A DNA stretch of 64,000 nucleotides from a virus (IMGVR_UViG_3300037418_001222); one strand, 5' to 3'; counted from the first letter of the stretch, positions 44,146-54,028 are shown. Notes: a model not told the origin generated them from the sequence alone. Translations and numbers: made by a program.

Positions 44146-45177
44146 TTAGATATTTCCAAGATTTAGTGGTGGACTTATGACATTAGAAAAGTCACCATTG
44201 ATAGTAGGGAAGCTGTTTCCAGAACCAGAGTCTCCATCTCCTCCACGCCATAGTTCTATTTCTGTTAGAGCAATCTCAAATAGAATTTCAAGCGGAGCGC
44301 TTGACGTGTAGAATCCTGGACGATCATTTGGAGTATAGTTTACATTGACATCAGTTAGAACACATGGTTTGAATTTATACGTCTTATCAATAACGGCATC
44401 CGGCTGAAACTTAGGCCAAACGATATGAGGGTACTTAAAGAATCCACCGGCTCCTAGAGTTAGTAGCTCTGGATAAGCCATCTTTTTGAATGTATCTGTA
44501 ATATTCTTAATGGTTGTACTCTCTTCCTGAGATTTCGGCGCGAGTCTCCATTGGAATCTATGATGCTTAAACTTAGGACCCTTCAACATAACAGTCATGA
44601 ATGGGTTGTCAGCTAGTCCAGCAATCTGTTCTAGAGATCCGATTGCTCCTTCCTCTCCTAGACCTTTTGCCGCACTAGATAAACCATCTATGATTTTATT
44701 GACGCCCCAGCCCGAGACACCCTGACTTAGGCCAGAAACAGCATCTCCTATATTCTTTTCTAGTTGACCTACTCCACCGGTCTTGAGTAGGTCAACTGGT
44801 GATCCATTTTCATGCGCTAGGGATAAAGCTTCTCCAAGAATATGTCCAGGAGTCTCTGCATAGTTAATATTGTTATAGTCAAGCATATTGTTCGGTATAG
44901 GCAAGCAGATATAATCTGTAACACCATTGCTCTTAAGACCCTGAAATTGGTTAGGTCTTTGATACTCTTCAAATCCGAACGTGATATAGTACTTTGGTCT
45001 ATCGTGTGGAAAATTCAAGATATTTAAATTCTTAGTCGAATCTATCGATGAGGATGGATCAGAACTAGATAGACGAGGTCTATTTAAATTCCCTGAGCGC
45101 GGGTCATCGAGCCAATTTGTAAATGGCTGTACGGCGGTAGATATTCCTGAAGATATCCAGTCGAGGAAGCCCGGCAT
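44146..45177 (-). CDS. baseplate-associated structural protein (343 aa; gp48/gp54-position candidate)
   Basis: First gene of the minus-strand baseplate operon, behind a TATAAATA late-promoter core. Confidence 0.4.
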   Translation of the reverse strand: MPGFLDWISSGISTAVQPFTNWLDDPRSGNLNRPRLSSSDPSSSIDSTKNLNILNFPHDRPKYYITFGFEEYQRPNQFQGLKSNGVTDYICLPIPNNMLDYNNINYAETPGHILGEALSLAHENGSPVDLLKTGGVGQLEKNIGDAVSGLSQGVSGWGVNKIIDGLSSAAKGLGEEGAIGSLEQIAGLADNPFMTVMLKGPKFKHHRFQWRLAPKSQEESTTIKNITDTFKKMAYPELLTLGAGGFFKYPHIVWPKFQPDAVIDKTYKFKPCVLTDVNVNYTPNDRPGFYTSSAPLEILFEIALTEIELWRGGDGDSGSGNSFPTINGDFSNVISPPLNLGNI

Positions 45178-45204
45178 TGATTTCCTTTATAAGTAGAAGA
45201 GCTC

Positions 45205-45696
45205 TTGTATCATTTATTTATAGACACTCTGATGGCCTACAAAGGACCTTTCCAACCTCTTAATCCAAACAAATATAGAGGTAACGTAAACAACATCATA
45301 TATCGTTCTCGATGGGAGTTCCGTTTTATGTCATTTTTGGACAGGGACAAAGATGTTATTGAGTGGAGTAGCGAAGAATTTTTCATACCCTATAGGTGTA
45401 AGACTGATGGGAGGGTTCATAGATACTTTCCAGACTTTAAGATCAAGGTCAAGGATAAGAACGGCAAGATAAAGACTAAGGTCATCGAGATCAAGCCCCA
45501 TGGTCAGACTTTTCGTCCCGTTAAGCCGACGAAGGTAACAAAGCGTTACCTTAATGAGGCATACACATATATGAAGAATAAGTCAAAATGGGACGCCGCT
45601 AGAGAATGGTGTGCTAATCGTGGATATGAATTCCAAATTATTACAGAGAAGCACCTACCCGGAGTATTTGACATAAATAAGAATAATGCCAGATAG
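45205..45696 (+). CDS. hypothetical protein (163 aa), possibly nuclease-fold (gp4-like head-completion candidate)
   Basis: YRSRWEFRFMSFLDRDKDVIEWSSEEFFIPYR...DGRVHRYFPDFKIKV...IEIKP resembles a PD-(D/E)xK-type core. Divergent from the baseplate operon, as genes 4/53 are in T4. Confidence 0.35.
   Translation: MYHLFIDTLMAYKGPFQPLNPNKYRGNVNNIIYRSRWEFRFMSFLDRDKDVIEWSSEEFFIPYRCKTDGRVHRYFPDFKIKVKDKNGKIKTKVIEIKPHGQTFRPVKPTKVTKRYLNEAYTYMKNKSKWDAAREWCANRGYEFQIITEKHLPGVFDINKNNAR
45215..45222 (-). promoter_or_regulatory. T4-type late promoter core TATAAATA (minus strand) for the baseplate operon 45177-40368
   Basis: Minus: cTATAAATAaatgatacaagagctcttctacttataaaggaaatcaATG. Confidence 0.5.
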
Positions 45697-46327
45697 CACT
45701 AAGACATCAGGATCGGCGGATTATCTATTTCAGAAGATTGCTTCTGGAAAACCTACGAATGTGTCTGCTGATTCCAAGAGAACAGATGCAAGAAGGTGGT
45801 TTAGAGAGCGAGCTGCTGAGATAACTCAGGTTAATGCAAAGAGGTTCTTCTCAAAGGCCGATGAGAATAGAATGATCAATATTGTCGGGAAGGATCAGAT
45901 AGGTCAGATGTTCACATTCTGGTATGACGCTAAACATAAGAAGACACTCCCATATTGGGATCAGTTTCCTCTTATATTCGTTATTGAGTCGTATTCGGAT
46001 GGATTCCTTGGAATCAACATGCACTATCTACCTCCGGCATATAGAGCCAAACTAATGGATGCTCTATATACGACTAGTAAGTCGAAGAAGTCTGATAGTG
46101 ATAAGCTACTAATATCATATCAATTGCTTAAGAGTGCATCTAAATATAGGTACTTCAAACCCTGTGTCAAGAGATACCTCTTCAGTCAGGTCTCTTCTAA
46201 GTTCATGGTCATTAGATCAGATGAGTGGGATATGGCTCTATGTCTTCCACTCGAAAGATTTAAGAAGGTTAGAAAAGAAATTGTTTGGGAAGAGTCCCTA
46301 GATAAGATTCAAGACGAGGAACAATAA
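45686..46327 (+). CDS. hypothetical structural-module protein (213 aa)
   Basis: ORF in the co-transcribed plus-strand structural cluster. Confidence 0.5.
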   Translation: MPDSTKTSGSADYLFQKIASGKPTNVSADSKRTDARRWFRERAAEITQVNAKRFFSKADENRMINIVGKDQIGQMFTFWYDAKHKKTLPYWDQFPLIFVIESYSDGFLGINMHYLPPAYRAKLMDALYTTSKSKKSDSDKLLISYQLLKSASKYRYFKPCVKRYLFSQVSSKFMVIRSDEWDMALCLPLERFKKVRKEIVWEESLDKIQDEEQ

Positions 46328-46329
46328 AG

Positions 46330-47007
46330 GTGGCCTTCAACGCTCAAGAATTTAGATCTATCGTAGATGATATGGGGTTGATGAGAACTAATAAGTTCCT
46401 CGTCAGATTCCCTATTCCTAATAAGATCGCCTCAGTTATTCCAGAATCGGCGATGGGATCAAATCTTTCATTCTTCTGTAAGGCAGCCCCTCTCCCTGGC
46501 CTTGGTATTCTTACTCAGGACATTTACAGATATGGATATGGTCCTATCGAGCGTAGACCATATGGATCGGTTGTTAACGATATTATGTTTCAGTTCTATG
46601 TTGATTCGGAGAATATGATCCGAAAGTGGTTCAGAAGTTGGATTCGTCTAATTATGAATCCCGATTCTGGAAAGGGAATGAACTCTACTTATGATCAAAC
46701 TGGTCAGTCAGCATATGAGTTCTCCTATAAAGAAGATTATGCGGTTGATGTAAATATCATTGCTTTCGATCAAGAAGGAAATCCACGAATCTCAGTCACT
46801 CTAATTGAGTGTTTTCCAAACTTTATTGGAGATATCACACAGGACTGGGATCATAAAAATCAGAATATGATTATGCCTGTTGCATTTACATTTAGAGACT
46901 GGTACGAAGAATCTATATCTGACACCAGTTTTAATTGGTCACCAGATATCACCGCTGGAGTCAATCAAACTTCATCTATATTGAACCTAATTGAAGGTCT
47001 ATTTTAA
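46330..47007 (+). CDS. tail-tube-fold baseplate protein (gp19/gp48/gp54 family)
   Basis: FFCKAAPLPGLG and ITQDWDHKNQNMIMPVAFTFRDWYEE parallel T4 gp19 FQCKATALPAG and LQLDWDSNNEIQTFEVTLALDYWE (recalled from memory). Confidence 0.55.
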   Translation: MAFNAQEFRSIVDDMGLMRTNKFLVRFPIPNKIASVIPESAMGSNLSFFCKAAPLPGLGILTQDIYRYGYGPIERRPYGSVVNDIMFQFYVDSENMIRKWFRSWIRLIMNPDSGKGMNSTYDQTGQSAYEFSYKEDYAVDVNIIAFDQEGNPRISVTLIECFPNFIGDITQDWDHKNQNMIMPVAFTFRDWYEESISDTSFNWSPDITAGVNQTSSILNLIEGLF

Positions 47008-47025
47008 TATTAAAGCGAGTTCATA

Positions 47026-47733
47026 ATGAGTTCATTACCTAAGACAAAGCATCCTATTTTTGATGAGAAGTTACCATCAACCGGAAAGCCAATTAAATAC
47101 AGACAGATGTTAGTTCGTGAAGAGAAGATTCTCCTCATGGCTAAGTCGTCTGGTGATAATGCTGATATAAACAGAGCAATTAAACAAGTAGTAAATAATT
47201 GTCTACTTGATCAGAATATTGATTTACTTACTACGTTTGATATCGAGTATATGTTTATTAAGATTGCATCTGGATCTATTGGAAATGTAGTGGATCTAGT
47301 ATTCATTGATAAGGAAGATGAAAAGGAATACGAGTTCCAGGTGGATCTAGATAAAGTTGAGATTAAGTATCCAGAAAAGATAGAATCTCAAGTAAAGATC
47401 AGTGATGATCTAGCCATCTCTCTTAAATATCCTCCGGCGTCTCTATTCGATGAGAAGCTTGTCGCCGAAAAATCAGAAGACGCGTATGAGTTCTTAGCAG
47501 CAAAATGCATCGACAAGATCTTTAGTGAGGAAGATGTATATATTGCTTCTGATTATTCAACCGATGAGTTGATAGAATATGTGAAAGATCTCACTCCAAA
47601 AGAATACAATAAAGTTAAAGCATTCATCGCCTCAACACCACATCTCTATCACGAGATCAACTATCAGAATAGTAAGGGAACAGAACGAAAGATTGTTCTG
47701 AGTACGCTATCTGATTTTTTTACGCTGTTTTAA
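47026..47733 (+). CDS. hypothetical baseplate-cluster protein (235 aa)
   Basis: ORF; ends in a T7 run followed by a start-less conserved-looking ORF. Confidence 0.5.
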   Translation: MSSLPKTKHPIFDEKLPSTGKPIKYRQMLVREEKILLMAKSSGDNADINRAIKQVVNNCLLDQNIDLLTTFDIEYMFIKIASGSIGNVVDLVFIDKEDEKEYEFQVDLDKVEIKYPEKIESQVKISDDLAISLKYPPASLFDEKLVAEKSEDAYEFLAAKCIDKIFSEEDVYIASDYSTDELIEYVKDLTPKEYNKVKAFIASTPHLYHEINYQNSKGTERKIVLSTLSDFFTLF

Positions 47734-47913
47734 ACTATACTACTCTTGAAGATTACTATCAACTACTTCATGCTCTAGAGTTCCATCATCACTACTTGAC
47801 TAGTGAAGTGGAGAATTGGATTATATTCGAGAGAGATATTAAGGTTCAATTCATTCGTGACTTCTTAGAGTATAAGAAGCAACAAGAGAAACAAAATATC
47901 TAACGAACTTTTC

Positions 47914-47921
47914 CATAAATA
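47914..47921 (+). promoter_or_regulatory. candidate late promoter core CATAAATA about 30 nt upstream of the 47951 ATG
   Basis: ttcCATAAATAcaaagtagttaatttattGGAGAGtacagATG. Confidence 0.35.
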
Positions 47922-47950
47922 CAAAGTAGTTAATTTATTGGAGAGTACAG

Positions 47951-48241
47951 ATGGCTGATGATCAGGATCCTAAAAAGGCAGATGTTCCTGTAGAAGAAGA
48001 ACACGCCGTCTGGACCTCTCGTAGGAGAATGGCTTGGGTTTCATTGTGGGCTATTATTATCCCTACACTGTTCATCATAGTTCATATTTCAGATCCAAAC
48101 GTCTTGAGCAAACTAGCTGATCTAATGTCATGGTACTATCTAAGCCTAGCCTCAATCGTTGGAGCATTCCTTGGATTCACAACTTGGGCTAATATAGTAG
48201 GTAGAGGAGGATGGAGAAGAGATGATCCCGACGCTCAATGA
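47951..48241 (+). CDS. membrane protein (96 aa, 2 TM)
   Basis: ORF with RBS GGAGAG. Confidence 0.45.
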   Translation: MADDQDPKKADVPVEEEHAVWTSRRRMAWVSLWAIIIPTLFIIVHISDPNVLSKLADLMSWYYLSLASIVGAFLGFTTWANIVGRGGWRRDDPDAQ

Positions 48242-49850
48242 CTTAACCGCTAATGATAATAGCGCCGCTCTGAAGGCGTCAGCAGAATCAGAGCAGATCT
48301 CCATCTTGTACAAGAGATTGGCTCAAGACCAAAGAGATATCTCTGCGTCACTCAATAAGACTATGTCTAGAATTATGAATAGACATAATGCCCATGACTC
48401 AACTCCAGCATCACTGGATAATGATAATATTCGTGAATCATATGTCAGACCAAAAGAGAATGCTAATAAGGCTATCAACTCTACTCTCGATAAGATGATT
48501 GATAAATTCACGCCAGAAGAAGACGGTGTTAAGCTTTATAGTTGGGAGAATGACAACCAACAAGACTTCTATACTCTATCTCGAAGAAATCCAACAGATG
48601 ATGATCATAATGAGACTCTGGATAGGATTATGGCACAGCAAGCAAGTGCTAAAGAAGAGGCATCGAGAGAAGAAGTTACTCCCATTGCCTATAAAAACCA
48701 TGAGGAGAGCGAGCACTCGATCCTAAAGGGAATCGAGAATGGTACGACCAATATTCTAGATATATTGAAACAGATCAATAGTTCTGTTGGAGATATGGAT
48801 GAGAAGTTATCTCTAAACTTAGAGAAGTTACAAGCATCTCATGAGAAAGTTGCAAACTCTTTAACTGGTTCTGAGAGTGGAGCATCAAATCCATTCTTAG
48901 CCGCTCTTAAGCAAGAGAAGGAAGACGAGGATGCAGATGCTCAAGAGAAGAAACAGAAAGATGGTGGCTTAAGATCTGTTCTAAAGGGAATTACAGCTGG
49001 TGTTGTTGCTACGGTAGGTGGAGTTACTGGAAGTGCGGTTGGAAGTCTTCTGCCTCATAATGCTGCAGAGCCAGGAGGAGGATATGATGGATCTCAACAG
49101 GCACCAGAACAGAAATCATCTTCTCTAGCTAGAAGGGGTGGAAGAATTCCTGTTGAACAAATATCTAGATCTAGACAGAACATGGAGATATCTCTATTTA
49201 AAGCTTTTAAGAAGCAGGGATATACCGATGAGGGATCTAAGACAATGGTTGCCGAAGTTGGTAGAGAGAATGGGTTTAGAGAAGATCTAATTTTTGGAAC
49301 TCATATCGATCCAGGAAATAAGGCATTGAATGAAGGTATCATTTCTTGGCAGGGTTCTAGAAGAGAAAAACTACAAGAATTTCTTAAGAGCAGAGGTCTT
49401 CTAGATAAGAATGGACGCATGATACACTCTCAGGCTACTATAGATGCTCAAGCAGAATTTTTAGCCAATGAGATGAAACAAAATAAAAGTATGAGAAGAG
49501 CCGATACGATTCTTAGAGATCCAACAAAAAAATATGGCAATATTGAAGCAGAGGTTGGTGATCATGTAGTGCAATGGAGAAGAACGGATCCAAAATATTC
49601 GGCCTCTGGATATAGAAATCAAAATGAAGCTTATTCTGAGGTTAGTGAATTACTTAAGAAGCCAAACACTCGTGGCCAAATGTTAAATCAACAGTCGGCT
49701 CAAAATACGGCCAAGGGAAATGTAGTAGTTGTTCAAAACAACAATACTACAAATGTATCCTCTTCTCAGAAATCTAATCCACAACCATCTAAGCCTAAAA
49801 TTCTGGCTGCGAGAAGTCCAGAATGGTGGCAGCCAAGTTATTGGTTCTAA
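48222..49850 (+). CDS. large structural protein (542 aa), candidate baseplate hub / tail-length determinator (gp29-like position)
   Basis: Long ORF with a Gly-rich hydrophobic segment VATVGGVTGSAVGSLLP; position in the baseplate cluster. Confidence 0.4.
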   Translation: MIPTLNDLTANDNSAALKASAESEQISILYKRLAQDQRDISASLNKTMSRIMNRHNAHDSTPASLDNDNIRESYVRPKENANKAINSTLDKMIDKFTPEEDGVKLYSWENDNQQDFYTLSRRNPTDDDHNETLDRIMAQQASAKEEASREEVTPIAYKNHEESEHSILKGIENGTTNILDILKQINSSVGDMDEKLSLNLEKLQASHEKVANSLTGSESGASNPFLAALKQEKEDEDADAQEKKQKDGGLRSVLKGITAGVVATVGGVTGSAVGSLLPHNAAEPGGGYDGSQQAPEQKSSSLARRGGRIPVEQISRSRQNMEISLFKAFKKQGYTDEGSKTMVAEVGRENGFREDLIFGTHIDPGNKALNEGIISWQGSRREKLQEFLKSRGLLDKNGRMIHSQATIDAQAEFLANEMKQNKSMRRADTILRDPTKKYGNIEAEVGDHVVQWRRTDPKYSASGYRNQNEAYSEVSELLKKPNTRGQMLNQQSAQNTAKGNVVVVQNNNTTNVSSSQKSNPQPSKPKILAARSPEWWQPSYWF

Positions 49851-49960
49851 AATTGAATTTTGTGGTCACTCAGATGGCCAGAGAGAATAATTTAGAATCC
49901 GGCAATAAATCTGGCCATCCGGCTAGAATTCCATTTCTAGTACCATTTTCTGGAACAAGA

Positions 49961-49998
49961 AAGCAATAAAGAAAAAGGGAGGGAATTTAATCCCTCCC
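49961..49998 (-). terminator. rho-independent terminator downstream of gp32 (minus strand)
   Basis: Minus: GGGAGGGA-ttaaat-TCCCTCCC followed by TTTTTTCTTTATT. Confidence 0.65.
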
Positions 49999-50030
49999 CT
50001 ATCCTTAGTCACTAGTAACTAAGGTGTGAC

Positions 50031-50957
50031 TCAATCATCATTCGCGAGTTTTTGGAAGTATGATAGAGTATCTTCTACATCATCGGATGCAGTCGTATCA
50101 AATGGAGACGCAGCCTCTTCATGAGTAGTTCCAAGATCGAATGGAAGATCATTTTCATCTTCCGCGCGAGCATTGGCTCTTTGATGAGCTGGTGCAGACT
50201 CGAATCCAAGTCCAAGAACCTGGTCTAGTTTCTTCTTTAGTTCATCAAATGACTTGAAGTTCTCAGGAGCAAGAATCGCCTCGAGTGAGTGACACTGCTT
50301 CCAGATATTCTCAAGCTGATCATCATCTTCAGAGATAGATGAAGGTTCATCGAACTCTGACTTATCATAGTTACGATATCCTTCAACCTGACGAATCTTG
50401 AGCTTGAAATTAGCGCCCTCCCACATATCAAATGGGTTCATTGGCTTCTCATCTTCGAACTCTGGGTTCATCTTCTCGTTGAGCTTATTGAAGATCTTCT
50501 TTCCGTACTTGTACTTGAAGACCTTACCTTCGTTCTCTGGGTTAGACGCATCCTTGACTACGAGGATGTTAGATACGAAGTGAAGGCGGCGCTTCTGCTT
50601 ACGAGCTTGCTTACGCTCAGGAGAATTATCATCCTGAGAAGCATTCCAAAGCTTTCCATTGAATTGAGCGACAGGATCTTCCTGTCCGATAGAAGTCAGT
50701 GAGTTCTCAATATACCACTTACCAGTTGGTCCCTGGAATCCGTGATCCCAGTATCGTACATATGGAGAGGTTTCACCGGCTGGTGCAGGTAGAAATCGAA
50801 TTACCGCGTACCCATTTCCTGCTTTATCGACTGTAGGAGACCAGAATGTCTCGTCCTTGGTACGCTCATTACCCTTAGTGAGCTTGTCTAGTTCGCCTGA
50901 TAGTTTTTCGAAAGCTTGTTTTCTATTTTTACGTAATTCAGCAAAGTTATTTACCAT
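50031..50957 (-). CDS. gp32: single-stranded DNA-binding protein gp32
   Basis: AGNGYAVIRFLP, GKWYIE, SNILVVKDASNPENEGKVFKYKYGKKI and WEGANFKLKIRQVEGYRNYDKSEF match T4 gp32 blocks. Start trimmed to MVNNFAE (the ORF-track N-terminus overlaps the neighbouring endonuclease gene). Confidence 0.85.
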   Translation of the reverse strand: MVNNFAELRKNRKQAFEKLSGELDKLTKGNERTKDETFWSPTVDKAGNGYAVIRFLPAPAGETSPYVRYWDHGFQGPTGKWYIENSLTSIGQEDPVAQFNGKLWNASQDDNSPERKQARKQKRRLHFVSNILVVKDASNPENEGKVFKYKYGKKIFNKLNEKMNPEFEDEKPMNPFDMWEGANFKLKIRQVEGYRNYDKSEFDEPSSISEDDDQLENIWKQCHSLEAILAPENFKSFDELKKKLDQVLGLGFESAPAHQRANARAEDENDLPFDLGTTHEEAASPFDTTASDDVEDTLSYFQKLANDD

Positions 50958-51603
50958 TTGTATATCCTTGTATAACAGTATATCCGAGTTTTTCTTTTCG
51001 GTATTTGAAAATGCTAGAGGCCGATACATTAACAAGTTTTGCTGCTTTACTAGCCGGCATGTTAATAGTAGCGAGAAGAAACTCCCGAGTCAATGGGAGC
51101 TTTCTCCACCCTTTGTTTGGACCAGGATTACGCTTTCTTGAAGCACTCATCTTGGCTCTAACTTCAGGTCTAGAAAGAGCTTCTCTGGCTCTAGCTGCGT
51201 TCATAATTAATTTTGCTTCGTGTTCTGGACTCTTTGATCCTTTCATCGAAGCTATGTGTTCCTCACTAAACGGAACACCTTTAATGTGACCACCAGATTG
51301 TCCATTACATGGACCTCCACTAGTAGCATTAATCCATTTTGGATTATTCACAACTTTTAGCCGCTTTAGAACTTTATGTTCCCAAGCTTGAGCTTTAGCT
51401 GGTAGATCGAAAACTTTTCGGATTTCAAAGAAGTAATCTTCAGGATTCTTCTTGAATTTGATACGGAGTCTCTTACTGGAGGTGAAATACGTTTTACCTA
51501 AATCTGAAGGATTATAATCCCTAGCAAAACGGACTCCATAGTAGCACCTACCAGAAGACTTTTCAACGATTAAGTATGTGTACGGTATTCCTGTATAACT
51601 CAT
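50947..51603 (-). CDS. GIY-YIG-like homing endonuclease with NUMOD-like repeats and C-terminal HTH (Seg-like)
   Basis: IPYTYLIVEKSSGRCYYGVRFA is a GIY-YIG variant; SEEHIASMKGSKSPEHEAKL repeats; C-terminal ASKAAKLVNVSASSIFKYRK. Adjacent to gene 32. Confidence 0.55.
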   Translation of the reverse strand: MSYTGIPYTYLIVEKSSGRCYYGVRFARDYNPSDLGKTYFTSSKRLRIKFKKNPEDYFFEIRKVFDLPAKAQAWEHKVLKRLKVVNNPKWINATSGGPCNGQSGGHIKGVPFSEEHIASMKGSKSPEHEAKLIMNAARAREALSRPEVRAKMSASRKRNPGPNKGWRKLPLTREFLLATINMPASKAAKLVNVSASSIFKYRKEKLGYTVIQGYTNGK

Positions 51604-51724
51604 ATGTTTGTATGTTATTAGTATGTGTTTGTATATTCACAGGCATCATAACAAAAATCCTTTACAGGAGTAGATTGGAAAGAAGTGACGAGAGAATAAT
51701 TCCCTTACCTTCCAACCTACTTTA

Positions 51725-51753
51725 TTTATATCATAGTAATGCAGAAATGTCAA
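51725..51753 (-). promoter_or_regulatory. sigma70-type early promoter (TTGACA-N17-TATAAA) upstream of the Seg-like gene
   Basis: Minus: ccTTGACAtttctgcattactatgaTATAAAtaaag. Confidence 0.5.
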
Positions 51754-51775
51754 GGAAATTATGAGGACTTAAATC

Positions 51776-52141
51776 TCATGTTCCAGTATAATTCTCCCAC
51801 CTATCCCTCATTCTTTGAATAACCTCTTCAGGAACATTATGAATATTTCCATGATTTCCCTCAATGGTAATCACAGTATGAGGATATGGAAGGTCTAGAT
51901 ATCTTTGAAATTCCCAGAGACGAGTAAAAGTATTACTTACAACAGTATCAAAACCATCTTTCAAGGATCTAACAACTTCATGAAAACACTTATCATGACA
52001 GGAATGGTCTGTTGGATCGAATACATATTCTCCATCCTTAAACCTGAACTGATCGGATTCATAGTGGGGAATCCCCATGTTCTTAGCAAAAGTAGACTTT
52101 CCTGATCCCGGAAGACCTCTTACAATATACAAGTGTGCCAT
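51776..52141 (-). CDS. P-loop kinase-like NTPase (121 aa; Walker A GLPGSGKST)
   Basis: MAHLYIVRGLPGSGKSTFAK... resembles small nucleotide/nucleoside kinase (AAA_33-like) folds; start trimmed to the ATG overlapping the upstream stop. Confidence 0.5.
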   Translation of the reverse strand: MAHLYIVRGLPGSGKSTFAKNMGIPHYESDQFRFKDGEYVFDPTDHSCHDKCFHEVVRSLKDGFDTVVSNTFTRLWEFQRYLDLPYPHTVITIEGNHGNIHNVPEEVIQRMRDRWENYTGT

Positions 52142-52614
52142 TACGATTCTAGCTTCTCTACTTTCCATTTAGGCTTCATATCTGTGGAGCATCCACACTC
52201 ACAGATAAGATTCGCCGAGTCAATCACCATATCATCAGAAATCTCTGTGAAGAACTTCTTCTCTATGTCATCAAATGTATTACCGTTTTGTGGATCTAGA
52301 ATTTTGAATCCATCCCAGAATATGGAATGAGTTCCTCCTTCGTTATTCACTGACTTGACCGATAGAATAGCTCTACGCCCAAATAACATCTCTCTCCAAA
52401 AAGAGTTACTGATTCGGTGATTATGGTCATAAACGTTTTTATAACATACATCAAGATGATTTAGAATAGAGCTTGCATGAGTCCCACTTGAAGAAGTGTA
52501 TGCTCCGCTTATACTTGCAACATTCAAGACATAGTCATAATCGAGACCAGTGGCCATAGCTACAGAAGCTATGACACACTGATCATTAGTCTTTTGGTTA
52601 ATTAAATCAGGCAT
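52141..52614 (-). CDS. putative papain-like (C39-like) cysteine peptidase
   Basis: QKTNDQCVIASVAMATG (Gln ... Cys nucleophile spacing as in C39), later GGTHSIFWDG (His) and D/N. Confidence 0.4.
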   Translation of the reverse strand: MPDLINQKTNDQCVIASVAMATGLDYDYVLNVASISGAYTSSSGTHASSILNHLDVCYKNVYDHNHRISNSFWREMLFGRRAILSVKSVNNEGGTHSIFWDGFKILDPQNGNTFDDIEKKFFTEISDDMVIDSANLICECGCSTDMKPKWKVEKLES

Positions 52615-54028
52615 GCTCTTCTCTAAGAATTTGTTGAACCTTTGATGGATTTAATTGAAGCTTGGCGCGTTCTCTGATCTCGTCGAAGGTCGTTTTATTG
52701 AAGAGTTTGCCATTAACAAATCTTTCAACCAAGAGATTCTCCTCGCTTCCAAGATCCTTTGAGTTAATAGTCTTGTACTTCCCATTGTCTCTAATGAGCG
52801 CCAACATTCCCTTCTTAGATCTCTTTCCCGAGTCGGTAATCGGATCCTTGAAAACATCTACCCATGTACCATTAATCTTAGCGGCCGAACATTTCATGGC
52901 GAATTTGAGCGTATCTCGATTCACTTGCTGAAGTAGAGCTCCACCCTGGCCAAATGCAACATTGTCTGCGCTATATCCGGAGAGAGTTAGTGAGAAGAGA
53001 ATAGACCTGATACTCTTATGATCAATTCCATCTCCTTGGATTATCCTTACATTATTAAGAACCTTGAATCCCTTTGAGTTAATCGTATGTCCAAAGTATT
53101 GATCAAGGATCTTAGCGCACTGAGTCACCACCACAGAAGGATCACCAGAGTCCGGTCGAATAACTACAGTCGCTCCAGAATGAAGAACGTCTGCCTTTAG
53201 CATTGTTCCCCATTTTCGGCAGGCTCTATAGATGTCGTAAGAGTCTGAAACGCATGCGACAAGACCACCTGGTTTAGCGTGTTGTTTGAGCATGTTTCTG
53301 AACGATGCTTCTTCACCGTCACGACCCCATGAGGTGACCGTTGAGTGTTCCATAGCAGGAATACTGAATCCCACTGGACCTGATGCTCCATAATGTCGCA
53401 TGATATGGCTGAGCGCTTCGACGGTGTCCGTGCCCATAAAATTGATAAGGTGTGCTGTTCCGCCAATTGCCGCAGACTCTTTAGAACTGACGCCTCTCGC
53501 TCCGAAATCGTGGAGCTTGAAACCAATTCCAGCAGGGTCTCCAGTTCGCTCCAGCGATTCAAGAATGATCTCCTTTGAGTGATACGAATTAGATGCGACA
53601 GTGGTTGGATACCAAATTGCCCGAAGCAAAGCCGTCTCAAGAAACGAAGTCAGCCACCAACACTTTGGATCGGTGTTCACAATAGTAACGAGTACATTCG
53701 ATGGTGGAAGAACGGTTCCCTCGTCAATTCCCATGATACTAACCGGAAGACGACCATTGTGGACCAAACGAATGTATTCCCATCCCTCTCGATAGAAAGG
53801 TAGTCCGTGCGCCGTTACGATTGCTTCAGCTTCATCGATCATCTCTAACGTAATTGGATTATCTCGAAGATAATGAAGAAACGGTTGAAGACCATTGTAT
53901 ACGATCTTGTCGTATTGGCCACCACGAGACTCGATGTATGAATACACATACTCAGTTCCCTCTGGATATTGGTTCCACTGAGAGTATTTGTACGAGTCGG
54001 TGTCTAGAATAATGTTATTTTGTAGCAT
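52607..54028 (-). CDS. nadV: nicotinamide phosphoribosyltransferase (NAMPT/NadV)
   Basis: N-terminal ILDTDSYKYSQWNQYP signature and 473-aa length typical of NAMPT. Confidence 0.85.
   Translation of the reverse strand: MLQNNIILDTDSYKYSQWNQYPEGTEYVYSYIESRGGQYDKIVYNGLQPFLHYLRDNPITLEMIDEAEAIVTAHGLPFYREGWEYIRLVHNGRLPVSIMGIDEGTVLPPSNVLVTIVNTDPKCWWLTSFLETALLRAIWYPTTVASNSYHSKEIILESLERTGDPAGIGFKLHDFGARGVSSKESAAIGGTAHLINFMGTDTVEALSHIMRHYGASGPVGFSIPAMEHSTVTSWGRDGEEASFRNMLKQHAKPGGLVACVSDSYDIYRACRKWGTMLKADVLHSGATVVIRPDSGDPSVVVTQCAKILDQYFGHTINSKGFKVLNNVRIIQGDGIDHKSIRSILFSLTLSGYSADNVAFGQGGALLQQVNRDTLKFAMKCSAAKINGTWVDVFKDPITDSGKRSKKGMLALIRDNGKYKTINSKDLGSEENLLVERFVNGKLFNKTTFDEIRERAKLQLNPSKVQQILREEHA

Noticed and set aside
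53197-53803. Several 60-147-aa ORFs on both strands inside NAMPT (53197-53640, 53393-53582, 53579-53803)
   Set aside because: They are alternate frames of the confidently assigned 473-aa NAMPT gene.
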